Shown here: piece by piece, positions 29,801-38,453 of the stretch
Position numbering within the stretch: the stretch's first letter is position 1
Layout: each line of letters begins with the position of its first letter
DNA from: a virus
DNA: 64,000 nt
Virus record (IMG/VR): IMGVR_UViG_3300031841_004047
Direction: 5' to 3' (one strand)
Program-made: the position numbers and the translations under genes
Notes under the pieces: generated by a model
What the model was told of the DNA's origin: nothing
Seen by the model: the letters and a program-made list of their open reading frames with translations, nothing else
Database searches by the model: none

Positions 29801-29823
29801 GAGGGCCGCCCTGGCCCTCTTTT
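29801..29823 (+). terminator. Intrinsic terminator-like hairpin closing the hsp20 operon
   Basis: GAGGGCC-GCCCT-GGCCCTC + TTTT. Confidence 0.7.
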
Positions 29824-29847
29824 ACACACAAACACAGGAGAAATAAA

Positions 29848-30072
29848 ATGACAAATAAGAATCCATTCGAAATCCGTGCAGACATGCTTAAACTTGCAAA
29901 AGACTATATGGATCAACAGTATCACATGAATGTAGACTTTTGGAGACAACAGTTTGATACAAACAAAGCAACAGCTGAAGAATTTCAAAAAGCAATCCAA
30001 GAATATTATACAATGGATGATTTAATGGATAAAGCAAAAGAGATGTATTCTTTTGTTTCAAAGAAAGACTAA
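29848..30072 (+). CDS. Hypothetical protein
   Basis: NKNPFEIRADMLKLAKDYMDQQ; AGGAG RBS. Confidence 0.8.
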   Translation: MTNKNPFEIRADMLKLAKDYMDQQYHMNVDFWRQQFDTNKATAEEFQKAIQEYYTMDDLMDKAKEMYSFVSKKD

Positions 30073-30073
30073 T

Positions 30074-30262
30074 ATGAAAGATTGGTATAACTGGTGGAAA
30101 CTTTTGAGATCTAAAGGTTATTCATTTTTTCATAGTATTGAGTGGGCTTATTATAACAATAAGTACTGGAAACCAAAAGGCGACTGGCCTTATGGAATGG
30201 AAAAAAGAGACAGAAGTTTTCACCGCCAACACACTATAAAATATGAAGATTTATGTATGTAG
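30074..30262 (+). CDS. Hypothetical Trp-rich protein
   Basis: MKDWYNWWKLLRSKG...; follows the previous stop directly. Confidence 0.55.
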   Translation: MKDWYNWWKLLRSKGYSFFHSIEWAYYNNKYWKPKGDWPYGMEKRDRSFHRQHTIKYEDLCM

Positions 30263-30265
30263 AGG

Positions 30266-30294
30266 TTTACAATTCTTTTAGACTATGATATAAT
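30266..30294 (+). promoter_or_regulatory. Early/middle promoter for gp43
   Basis: TTTACA-N17-TATAAT. Confidence 0.82.
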
Positions 30295-30317
30295 AGACCT
30301 CAAATGGAGGTTATAAG

Positions 30318-32849
30318 TTGAGTTCATTCTATACATCTGTGAACCGTTACGGCAACAGCATACTTTATCGTGGCTATACGAGTAACGGTTCACCTATTAC
30401 ACAGAGATATAAATTCTCTCCAAAATTTTATTTACCAACAAAAGAAATTACTCAGTATCGCTCGTTTGACGGTGATCCCGTTAAGTCGGTAGAGTTTTCT
30501 ACAATGCGAGATGCTAAAGACTTTCTTGAACAATATTCAGAAATGGATGGTGTAAAAGTCTACGGCACTCGCAACTACATTCATCAGTTCATAACTGATA
30601 TGTATCCTGATAATATTTCCTTCAATCCTAATCATGTTAACGTAGTTAATATCGACATCGAGGTGGCCTCAGACGATGGCTTCCCCGTACCAGAAAAAGC
30701 TGCGTATCCCATCATATCGATTGCCCTGAAATCAAGCAAGTCTTCGATATATCAAGTGTGGGGTTTGGATACTTATGATCCACTCAAAACGGAACTCGAC
30801 ATGCAAGGTGATCAAATTAAGTATCACCATTGTGAATCGGAAGTTCACCTCCTTTCCTCGTTCTTGAGTTACTGGACGAAAAATTATCCAGACATCATCA
30901 CTGGTTGGAATACGCGGTTTTTTGATATTCCATATCTCGTAAATCGTATCTCTATCGTTGGTAGTGAAGAAGCAAAGAAACGATTGTCTCCATGGAAAAT
31001 GGTAGATGAGCGCAATATCGTTATGGGTGGTCGTCAACAATATGGATACGATATTGGTGGTATTCAACAAGCAGATTACTATGAACTATTTAAAAAGTTT
31101 GGTTATTCGTATGGTCCACAAGAATCATATAAGCTTGATCATATCTCATATGTAGTTCTTGGTGAAAAGAAACTGTCATACGAAGAAGCTGGTAATCTAT
31201 ATACACTATATAAGATGAATCACCAGAAATTTATCGATTATAACATTAAAGACGTACAGTTGGTTGACCGCATTGATAAAAAGATGGGGTTGATTAATCT
31301 GGTTATGACTATGGCTTATAAAGCAGGTGTTAACTTTGCGGATACTTTTGGTACTACATCGATATGGGAATCTATCATATATCGTAAGCTACTCCAAAAT
31401 AATATCATATCACCCGTGGATCAGATACGAAAAGTCGCGTATCAGAATAACTCCAATCCTAACATGATTGAGGGTGGCTACGTTAAGAATCCACAGGTCG
31501 GTGAACATGAATGGGTGGTATCTTTTGATCTAAACTCTCTGTATCCAAACATCATTGTTGAGTATAACATATCACCCGAAACTCTTGTTAAAGAAAAATC
31601 ATTTGGTGTCTTTGTTCAAGACGTAAGTCATTATCTTAACGATGATCCAACTAAATCATCTAAAGAGTATTCTATATGTGCAAGTGGTGTACCCTTCTCT
31701 CATGAAAAACAAGGTATCATTCCGGAACTTATCGTTGAGTATTATGCTGAACGTAGTGAAATAAAAAAGAAAATGCTGCATGCAAAATCACAATATGAAA
31801 AGACGAAGTCTACGTATCTTGAGTCTGAGATTAACCAGCTTGAAAACAATCAGATGGCTATCAAGATCTTGATGAACTCACTTTATGGTGCTTTGGCTAA
31901 CAAGTACTTTAAATATTTTGACACAGCACTCGCCGAATCCGTAACTCTGACCGGTCAGCTTTCTATCAAGTGGGCGGAAAAAGCTATCAATAGAGAAATG
32001 AATCGCATACTTGGTACAGATAAAGACTATGTAATAGCGATTGATACCGATTCAGTCTATATCAATATGGGTCCACTCGTAAAGAAACTGAATCCTTCAG
32101 ATCCAGTCAAAGCACTTGATAAGATATGTAAAGAACACTTTGAAAAAATTATTGCTGATGCTTACGGTGAGCTATTCAATAAGATGAATGCCTACACGCC
32201 AAGAATGGAAATGGGAAGGGAAGTTATAGCTGATCGTGGTATCTGGATGGCTAAGAAAAGATATATTCTTAACGTACATAACAACGAAGGTGTACAATAC
32301 GCTGAACCAAAACTTAAGATCATGGGTATCGAAGCAATTAAGTCTTCTACACCTGAAGTTGTTCGAGATAAGTTCAAAGAAATATTTAAAGTTATTATAA
32401 CTGGAAATGAATCGGATACAAGAAAATTTATAAACAATTTTAAACAATACTTTAAATCTCTTCCTCCCGAATCAGTTGCTTTTCCTCGAGGAGTTCAAGA
32501 AGTAGATAAATGGTCTGATCGTTTAAAAATCTATATTAAAGGTACACCTATTCATGTTAGAGGTGCTTTGCTATATAATCATACTATAAAAGATAAAGCA
32601 CTCGAAAAGAAACATACTCTTATTCAATCTGGAGAAAAAATCAAGTTTTCTTACTTAAAAATGCCAAATCCTCTTCGTGAAAACGTGATATCTTTCCCAG
32701 ATTATTTACCAAGTGAGTTGAATCTTCATAAATATATAGACTATGACACTCAGTTTGAAAAAACATTTATCGAACCCTTAAATCCAATCCTTGAAGCGGT
32801 GGGTTGGTCAGTCAAAGAACAAGCAACACTAGAGGATTTTTTCGGATGA
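30318..32849 (+). CDS. gp43: Family B DNA polymerase gp43
   Basis: DIEVAS exonuclease, SFDLNSLYPNII, KILMNSLYGAL, DTDSVY; C-terminal TLEDFFG; no intein/intron seen. Confidence 0.98.
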   Translation: MSSFYTSVNRYGNSILYRGYTSNGSPITQRYKFSPKFYLPTKEITQYRSFDGDPVKSVEFSTMRDAKDFLEQYSEMDGVKVYGTRNYIHQFITDMYPDNISFNPNHVNVVNIDIEVASDDGFPVPEKAAYPIISIALKSSKSSIYQVWGLDTYDPLKTELDMQGDQIKYHHCESEVHLLSSFLSYWTKNYPDIITGWNTRFFDIPYLVNRISIVGSEEAKKRLSPWKMVDERNIVMGGRQQYGYDIGGIQQADYYELFKKFGYSYGPQESYKLDHISYVVLGEKKLSYEEAGNLYTLYKMNHQKFIDYNIKDVQLVDRIDKKMGLINLVMTMAYKAGVNFADTFGTTSIWESIIYRKLLQNNIISPVDQIRKVAYQNNSNPNMIEGGYVKNPQVGEHEWVVSFDLNSLYPNIIVEYNISPETLVKEKSFGVFVQDVSHYLNDDPTKSSKEYSICASGVPFSHEKQGIIPELIVEYYAERSEIKKKMLHAKSQYEKTKSTYLESEINQLENNQMAIKILMNSLYGALANKYFKYFDTALAESVTLTGQLSIKWAEKAINREMNRILGTDKDYVIAIDTDSVYINMGPLVKKLNPSDPVKALDKICKEHFEKIIADAYGELFNKMNAYTPRMEMGREVIADRGIWMAKKRYILNVHNNEGVQYAEPKLKIMGIEAIKSSTPEVVRDKFKEIFKVIITGNESDTRKFINNFKQYFKSLPPESVAFPRGVQEVDKWSDRLKIYIKGTPIHVRGALLYNHTIKDKALEKKHTLIQSGEKIKFSYLKMPNPLRENVISFPDYLPSELNLHKYIDYDTQFEKTFIEPLNPILEAVGWSVKEQATLEDFFG

Positions 32850-33589
32850 ATAACATGAACTACGTATTCGATGTAGACGGAACACTTACACCAAGTAGGA
32901 TGAAGATGGATCCTGTTTTCCAAAAGTTTTTTCTCGAGTTTGCGGATAGGAATAAGTGTTACTTAGTTACTGGTTCAGACTATGAAAAAACAGTTCAACA
33001 AGTTGGAAAAGAAATATGTGAAACAGTCATAACCGTATGGAACTGCTGCGGTAACAGCGTTTGGCAGAGAGGAGTTGAAGTTTACAGAGATTCGTGGAGA
33101 CTTCCTGATCATATGCGTAAATGGTTAGAAAAAAAGATAAAGACAAGTAAATTTAGTCTTAGAACCGGTGGCCACATTGAAGACAGACCTGGGCTGGTAA
33201 ACTTTACTGTCCTAGGAAGAAACTGCACACTTGGTGAAAGAATGCTGTATCGTCAATGGGATGAAGAAAATAACGAAAGAAAAACAATTGCAAGAGAATT
33301 TAATATTGCTTTCAACCACGAAGGTGTTGTAGCTCAAGTAGCAGGTGAAACCGGTCTTGATATAATGATGATAGGTTCTGATAAATCACAAGTAGCCATG
33401 AGCTTATTTGGACCTACGATGTTCTTTGGCGATAAGATGGAAGTGGGTGGTAATGATTACCCTTTAGCTCAGGAACTAAAACAGCGTGATGATAATGTCT
33501 GCATTGCAGTCAAAGACTGGAAAGATACACAAAAATATTTATTTGGATTGTCATATGAGGGTTTACAAGAAAGAGTAAATATTGTATAA
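32846..33589 (+). CDS. HAD-IIB phosphomannomutase (eukaryotic PMM-like)
   Basis: FDVDGTLTPSR, LVTGSD, IEDRPGLVNF, FFGDKM..GGNDYPL. Confidence 0.8.
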   Translation: MNNMNYVFDVDGTLTPSRMKMDPVFQKFFLEFADRNKCYLVTGSDYEKTVQQVGKEICETVITVWNCCGNSVWQRGVEVYRDSWRLPDHMRKWLEKKIKTSKFSLRTGGHIEDRPGLVNFTVLGRNCTLGERMLYRQWDEENNERKTIAREFNIAFNHEGVVAQVAGETGLDIMMIGSDKSQVAMSLFGPTMFFGDKMEVGGNDYPLAQELKQRDDNVCIAVKDWKDTQKYLFGLSYEGLQERVNIV

Positions 33590-33590
33590 T
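33562..33590 (+). promoter_or_regulatory. Early/middle promoter
   Basis: TTTACA-N17-TATAAT inside the 3' end of the PMM-like gene. Confidence 0.8.
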
Positions 33591-33609
33591 ATACAAAATG
33601 GAGAAAAAT

Positions 33610-34020
33610 ATGAGTGATTGGGCTTTTGATATCTACCAAATGCATAATAAGTTTGGTGTAAAAGAATGGTTTGAAAATAACAAACATGATAAAGAACTAA
33701 TGAAAACATACCTACGTTTTCGTTTGAATATGTGTAATGAAGAAATGGGTGAATGCTTTGATGCACTCGACAACGAAGATCCTGAAGAAATCGTAGATGG
33801 TCTTATTGATATCTGTGTATTTGCTATCGGTACTCTTGATGTCTTTGGTGTAGATGCCAATGAAGCATGGAATCGTATCTACGAAGCAAACATGGCAAAG
33901 TCACCTGGTGTGAAAGAAGGTAGACCTAATCCATTTGGTTTACCAGATCTAATCAAACCCGACGGATGGGAATCACCTAACCACGAAGGTAATCATGGAA
34001 GTCTCAGCGACCTTTTTTAA
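33610..34020 (+). CDS. All-alpha NTP pyrophosphohydrolase (MazG/PRA-PH-like; possible dCTPase/dUTPase)
   Basis: EEMGE...EIVDGLID...EANMAK; GGAG RBS before ATG 33610. Confidence 0.78.
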   Translation: MSDWAFDIYQMHNKFGVKEWFENNKHDKELMKTYLRFRLNMCNEEMGECFDALDNEDPEEIVDGLIDICVFAIGTLDVFGVDANEAWNRIYEANMAKSPGVKEGRPNPFGLPDLIKPDGWESPNHEGNHGSLSDLF

Positions 34021-34930
34021 AAACATATATGATAACAAAACGCACAAGCGCTTTGACTTTGAAGACTTCAGTAAGTTTGAAGAGTTCTTGTACAAGTTAT
34101 CGAGAAGAAGGCTGAAGGGTAAGAAAGACGCCGCGCTTATGTCACCCGCAACTTATGTCGAGGGTACTACACGTGCTAATAAGAACGTAGTCAGTTGGGC
34201 TGGCTGGGCAGCCATTGATGTTGATGATCACGAGTTTAAAGGAGATCTGAAAAATGAATTGGCTTCCACTCATGGTAAATGGCATTATGTTTGCTATTCT
34301 ACTGCTAGCTCTAGAGAAAGTTTACCAAAGTTTAGGCTATGTTTCCCACTTAGAACAAGAGTTGAACCAGACAAGATCAGACATTTCTGGTTCGCCCTTA
34401 ACAAAGAGTTCGGATCGCTCGGCGATGAACAAGCTAAAGATCTATCACGAATGTATTATATCCCTGGCACGTACGATGACGCTTTCAACTTTATTTTTAC
34501 TAATACTGGCGATTTTCTAGATCCTCAGACAATTATGGATAAACACTCGTATGTTGAAAAGAAAACCGGAAGCTTTCTTGACAGATTGCCCACTGAGATA
34601 CAAAAACAAATCGTAGAACATCGCAAGAAAAAAATGGACAATACTAGTATATCTTGGACTAGTTATGAAGACTGTCCTTTTGTAAATAAAAACATGATCC
34701 GTGATTTTAAAAACATCGCTCATGTCGATAATAGTGGTAGATACGCAATGATCTATAAGATTATGGTATCCATCGCAAGTAACGCAGTTGATAGGCGTTA
34801 TCCAATAAGCGTATATGAAATCGTAGAGTTAGTCAGACAGCTAGATGCTGACACGGCTCGTAGATATGAAAACAGACCATTGAATGTAGAAGCAGATAGG
34901 GCTATAGAGTATGCATACCGAAACGTTTGA
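33995..34930 (+). CDS. Archaeo-eukaryotic-type primase-like protein
   Basis: AAIDVD, YSTASS, KFRLCFPL, KDLSRMYYIP, helical C-terminal domain. Confidence 0.7.
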   Translation: MEVSATFFKNIYDNKTHKRFDFEDFSKFEEFLYKLSRRRLKGKKDAALMSPATYVEGTTRANKNVVSWAGWAAIDVDDHEFKGDLKNELASTHGKWHYVCYSTASSRESLPKFRLCFPLRTRVEPDKIRHFWFALNKEFGSLGDEQAKDLSRMYYIPGTYDDAFNFIFTNTGDFLDPQTIMDKHSYVEKKTGSFLDRLPTEIQKQIVEHRKKKMDNTSISWTSYEDCPFVNKNMIRDFKNIAHVDNSGRYAMIYKIMVSIASNAVDRRYPISVYEIVELVRQLDADTARRYENRPLNVEADRAIEYAYRNV

Positions 34931-35360
34931 TTATGATATGAGTTTTAATATTTCTGATATTATTAACGTCGATGAATGGCATGAAAGGGCTATGAATGAA
35001 GCTAAACAGATTCATAGTAAAAAAAGTACAAGAAGAGGTCGTACTCTTAAGGAAATTTATGAAACTTGTAAGTACGGGCATGCCGCTGAGCAGTACCTCA
35101 TAGAAACGGGTTGGACTGACGATGAAAGACCATATAAAGATTTGTTAGACCCATACCTTGATCCGGTTGAGATAAAAGTAACACAAGGAAAATACTATAT
35201 ACCATATGTTCTTGAAAGCTGCAGAAAAGCTAAGCTTGATAAATGGAGAAAATATCCAGACATAGTTTATATTTTTATAAACAATAAGAAAGACGGTGAG
35301 TACATACATGAAGGAGTGTATGTTTGGGATGGAAAAAAATTTGCAAGAAATACATTTTAG
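34911..35360 (+). CDS. Putative PD-(D/E)XK nuclease
   Basis: GHAAEQYL...YKDLLDP..PVEIKVT. Confidence 0.5.
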   Translation: MHTETFDYDMSFNISDIINVDEWHERAMNEAKQIHSKKSTRRGRTLKEIYETCKYGHAAEQYLIETGWTDDERPYKDLLDPYLDPVEIKVTQGKYYIPYVLESCRKAKLDKWRKYPDIVYIFINNKKDGEYIHEGVYVWDGKKFARNTF

Positions 35361-35363
35361 GGG

Positions 35364-35392
35364 TTTACATTTCATGAAAAATATGTTAGTAT
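35364..35392 (+). promoter_or_regulatory. Early promoter with extended GGGGTTTACA -35
   Basis: TTTACA-N17-TAGTAT; 22-nt upstream block identical to 63001-63022. Confidence 0.7.
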
Positions 35393-35425
35393 ATTTTTGC
35401 ATGAAACTTAAAGGACAAAAATAAA

Positions 35426-35995
35426 ATGGCTTACGAGGAAATAAATGGAATACAAATTATAGGCCGTTCCCCTTGGATACCTATTTCAAAAATACCAACA
35501 AAAGATACGGCTGATTTTTTAGATTTAAATGAAAAATATGGTACGTGTGGAATATACCAAGTTGCCGAAACAAAATATATAGAAGAAATAGGTAATGAAG
35601 TAATACACGATAAAATAGGCTATACTGGTAAATCAGGTAGCATTCTTCAAAGAACTTACGATATACGTCAACCAAAAGGTACTCACGGCGCTGGACGTTA
35701 TATCCGTCAAAACGATCTTTGCAAAGAAGCTGAAGTTAAAATACGCTATATTTACACATCTTCGGAAGATTATAAAAGTCTTGAAGACTATATTCATCAT
35801 GAAACAACACGTAATTATGGTTTTCGATTTGCTTGGAAAGACGCGTCACAAGGTAATGTTGGGGTATATTCACAATGGCTTGAATTATCTAAACGATTAA
35901 CAGCTGATGAAATATTATCAGGAATTCCAAATTTAAAAGAATTGGCTATAGAAAAAAACATAGAAGAATTTCAAGAAAGGTTGAATGAAGTATGA
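35426..35995 (+). CDS. GIY-YIG-like endonuclease
   Basis: TCGIYQV...KIGYTGKS..ILQR...LEDYIH. Confidence 0.55.
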   Translation: MAYEEINGIQIIGRSPWIPISKIPTKDTADFLDLNEKYGTCGIYQVAETKYIEEIGNEVIHDKIGYTGKSGSILQRTYDIRQPKGTHGAGRYIRQNDLCKEAEVKIRYIYTSSEDYKSLEDYIHHETTRNYGFRFAWKDASQGNVGVYSQWLELSKRLTADEILSGIPNLKELAIEKNIEEFQERLNEV

Positions 35996-36354
35996 AAGAT
36001 AAGTACTCACTAAAGTTTCTTCAGCGTTGTGCTGAGATACAAATTAAAAAGGGTAATGATTACCAAAACCCAAACTCACGTGTAAGACAAGCACACTACT
36101 ATCCACGTGGTTGTGCTACTATTCTTGACACTATGGCAGCAAAAGTCTTACGTATGCAATCAGTTCTTGAAGCTATGGAACTTGATCCAAACTATCAGCC
36201 AAACTTTGAGTCACTTGAAGACTCGTGTGTTGATATTGCAAACTACGCTTCGTTCTTTGCTGCTTATATGAATGGTGCAATTGATGGCCAACATCCTGAC
36301 TATGATTTTCTAAATCGTCCAAAAAATAAAGTAGAACATATTAGTGAAGAATAA
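35992..36354 (+). CDS. Nucleotide-modification-associated alpha-helical protein (Nmad1/DUF1599-like)
   Basis: KKGNDYQ...AKVLRM...ESLEDSCVDIANYASF. Confidence 0.65.
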   Translation: MKDKYSLKFLQRCAEIQIKKGNDYQNPNSRVRQAHYYPRGCATILDTMAAKVLRMQSVLEAMELDPNYQPNFESLEDSCVDIANYASFFAAYMNGAIDGQHPDYDFLNRPKNKVEHISEE

Positions 36355-36521
36355 TGTGGGTTCTGTTTGTCATAAATCCAGTCTTTGATATTGATACGCC
36401 AGCATTAAGATGGACACAATACTCAGAGTTTGAAACTCATGAAAGCTGTCTTGTAACTAAAGTCTTGATAGAGGAGCAGTTCAATATGAATGAACTGGCT
36501 ATTTGTGTTAAAGATGAATGA
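36354..36521 (+). CDS. Hypothetical protein (55 aa, below ORF-track cut-off)
   Basis: MWVLFVINP...FETHESCL...LAICVKDE; TAATG-coupled. Confidence 0.6.
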   Translation: MWVLFVINPVFDIDTPALRWTQYSEFETHESCLVTKVLIEEQFNMNELAICVKDE

Positions 36522-36750
36522 GTTTAGAATTGGTATATTTAATCTTTTAAGAAAGATTATAGGCGGAAGCAGTGTACTTCTAGCAGTCATATATACACTA
36601 GGTCATATAATCATTGCCATGACTTGTAACTACTTAATAACCGGAGCTAGATTAGATCTTGCTGCGGTTGATGCGCTTATAGAACCTATCATTAATGGTT
36701 TCTGGTTCTATGCTTTACATAAGATTTGGAAAGGGTTTCAGAATGAGTGA
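36514..36750 (+). CDS. DUF2061-like membrane protein
   Basis: LAVIYTLGHIIIAM....ITG...LAAVDALIEPIINGFWFYALHKIW. Confidence 0.7.
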   Translation: MNEFRIGIFNLLRKIIGGSSVLLAVIYTLGHIIIAMTCNYLITGARLDLAAVDALIEPIINGFWFYALHKIWKGFQNE

Positions 36751-37072
36751 TTATGCAGTATTAACAGCTGTTCTACAGTTTAGAACAAGATATGTCATTC
36801 CTACGAGTGACATCAAAGACTGTGATCCAGAAACTTTTATTAAAGATTCCGTGACTTGCAATGAAGTTGAAGAGTTTAGTCAATTATGTTTAAATGAAAA
36901 CATTGTTGATACACAGTTAATGTCAGAAGAAGAAGTATTAAAACTATTTGACAGAGATAATGATTATCTGGCTGGTTGGTCAAAAGAAAAGAAAATTGAA
37001 TGGATTGGAGATTGGGCAGGCCGTTGGTCAGCAGAAAATTTCAAAGATAAGGACGATGGAAATGTATCATAA
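36743..37072 (+). CDS. Hypothetical protein
   Basis: Overlap-coupled ORF; FRTRYVIP, EEFSQLCLNENI. Confidence 0.7.
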   Translation: MSDYAVLTAVLQFRTRYVIPTSDIKDCDPETFIKDSVTCNEVEEFSQLCLNENIVDTQLMSEEEVLKLFDRDNDYLAGWSKEKKIEWIGDWAGRWSAENFKDKDDGNVS

Positions 37073-37391
37073 CTGGAATCTACACAATGGGTATCTTGCA
37101 CATACTCTTGAAAACTATCTTATGCATGGATACGAGCCAGGCGGATTTACTACAGCAGTTATTGCTGGTGATTTGTTTGGTGCTGTTGCTAGAGCAGATC
37201 ACTGCAACCGTCCTGCTATTGCAGAGATCGCAGAAGCAGTACTAAACACTTGTCCTGCACATGCAGTTGGCAGTTACGAAGCTGTACGAGCATGGTGTAC
37301 AGATCTAGATGAACGCCGTAGCAAGTATGTGACTTGGAAACTACTTCAAGGACCTGTCAAACAAGAAATCGACGAAGAAGTACCATTTTGA
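37056..37391 (+). CDS. Hypothetical protein
   Basis: LENYLMHGYEPGGFTTAVIAGDLFGAVARAD. Confidence 0.7.
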   Translation: MEMYHNWNLHNGYLAHTLENYLMHGYEPGGFTTAVIAGDLFGAVARADHCNRPAIAEIAEAVLNTCPAHAVGSYEAVRAWCTDLDERRSKYVTWKLLQGPVKQEIDEEVPF

Positions 37392-37403
37392 AAGGATTAA
37401 ACA

Positions 37404-37658
37404 ATGCGCTATAAAACTATAACTGTAGATGTAAATGTAGATGCAGATGTTTATATAGGTGATATCATCGACAGTTTGGACGATGAAGATCTGATCGACG
37501 AACTCAACAGACGTGGCTACATTGTAAACAAAGATACACACCCTGGCGGATTTGACCGAGAAGATTTGCAATTTCTACTTGAAATCATAGATCAAATACC
37601 TGAAACAATATATACTCGTAGAGTAAGAGATAAACTAATGAGGGCTCGTTTTGGCTAA
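37404..37658 (+). CDS. Hypothetical protein
   Basis: AAGGA RBS; acidic DSLDDEDLIDELNRRGY. Confidence 0.7.
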   Translation: MRYKTITVDVNVDADVYIGDIIDSLDDEDLIDELNRRGYIVNKDTHPGGFDREDLQFLLEIIDQIPETIYTRRVRDKLMRARFG

Positions 37659-37839
37659 GGTAACAATGGTAGATCCACCCAGTGGTTGGAAGTATGGCTT
37701 TCCTAAACCGTTGCCTGCAGATTATCCAGAGGGCGAAAGCATCTTTCCGTGGCTATTAAGTGAAGGCTATCCTCAGAAAGAGATAGACAACTGCGGCAAA
37801 CACTTTTATTGTAGGTATTGGGAAGAGGAAACAGAATGA
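37651..37839 (+). CDS. Hypothetical protein
   Basis: TTG start; VDPPSGWKYGFPKP. Confidence 0.7.
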   Translation: MAKVTMVDPPSGWKYGFPKPLPADYPEGESIFPWLLSEGYPQKEIDNCGKHFYCRYWEEETE

Positions 37840-37863
37840 AAGAACTATGGATGGTGAAAAATA

Positions 37864-38346
37864 ATGAGTAAAGCAGGTAAAGTATGGGGTACAACTGAAT
37901 TAATTGAAGCCAATGGTGCTTTAGAGTTTCATCGTATTCAAATGAATAAAGGGGGCGTTTGTTCTAAACATCTTCATGAGTTCAAATGGAATGGGTTCTA
38001 TGTCGAAAGGGGCGTAATGTTGGTTCGTGTCTGGCAGAAAGATTATAATCTAGTGGATGAGACTATTCTATATGAAGGAGATTATACGAAAGTAAAACCG
38101 GGTCTTTATCATCAGTTTGAATGTCTAGAGTCTGGCGTTGCTTACGAACTCTATTGGGCCGAGTTTGCTCATAAAGATATTGTAAGAGAAACTGTTGGAT
38201 ATAAAGAAGAAGGCATGATCCATGATAGCTCTTATTCTTTAAATATTCCAGATATTACCTTTACAATTGATGGAGAAGATGTTAAAATAAACACAGAAAC
38301 TTACACTCTATATGATAAACTAGACGTAGAAAAAATCGGTTGTTAA
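37864..38346 (+). CDS. Cupin (sugar-phosphate isomerase-like)
   Basis: KVWG...CSKHLHEFKWNGFYVERG...PGLYHQF. Confidence 0.75.
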   Translation: MSKAGKVWGTTELIEANGALEFHRIQMNKGGVCSKHLHEFKWNGFYVERGVMLVRVWQKDYNLVDETILYEGDYTKVKPGLYHQFECLESGVAYELYWAEFAHKDIVRETVGYKEEGMIHDSSYSLNIPDITFTIDGEDVKINTETYTLYDKLDVEKIGC

Positions 38347-38453
38347 TTCAAGACTTAATAACAGTAAGTCCGGTGATTGTAATTATCTCCATAATTATTA
38401 TATGGCCAAGTGCGGTAGAAGAATGGAGAAAGAGAAAGAATAAAAATGAGTAG
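38340..38453 (+). CDS. Possible small membrane protein (37 aa)
   Basis: TTG start; LIQDLITVSPVIVIISIIIIWPSAVEEWRKRKNKNE fills the gap exactly. Confidence 0.4.
   Translation: MLIQDLITVSPVIVIISIIIIWPSAVEEWRKRKNKNE

Noticed and set aside
37836-37871. 11-codon ORF MKELWMVKNNE between two genes
   Set aside because: Too short, with no supporting signal.
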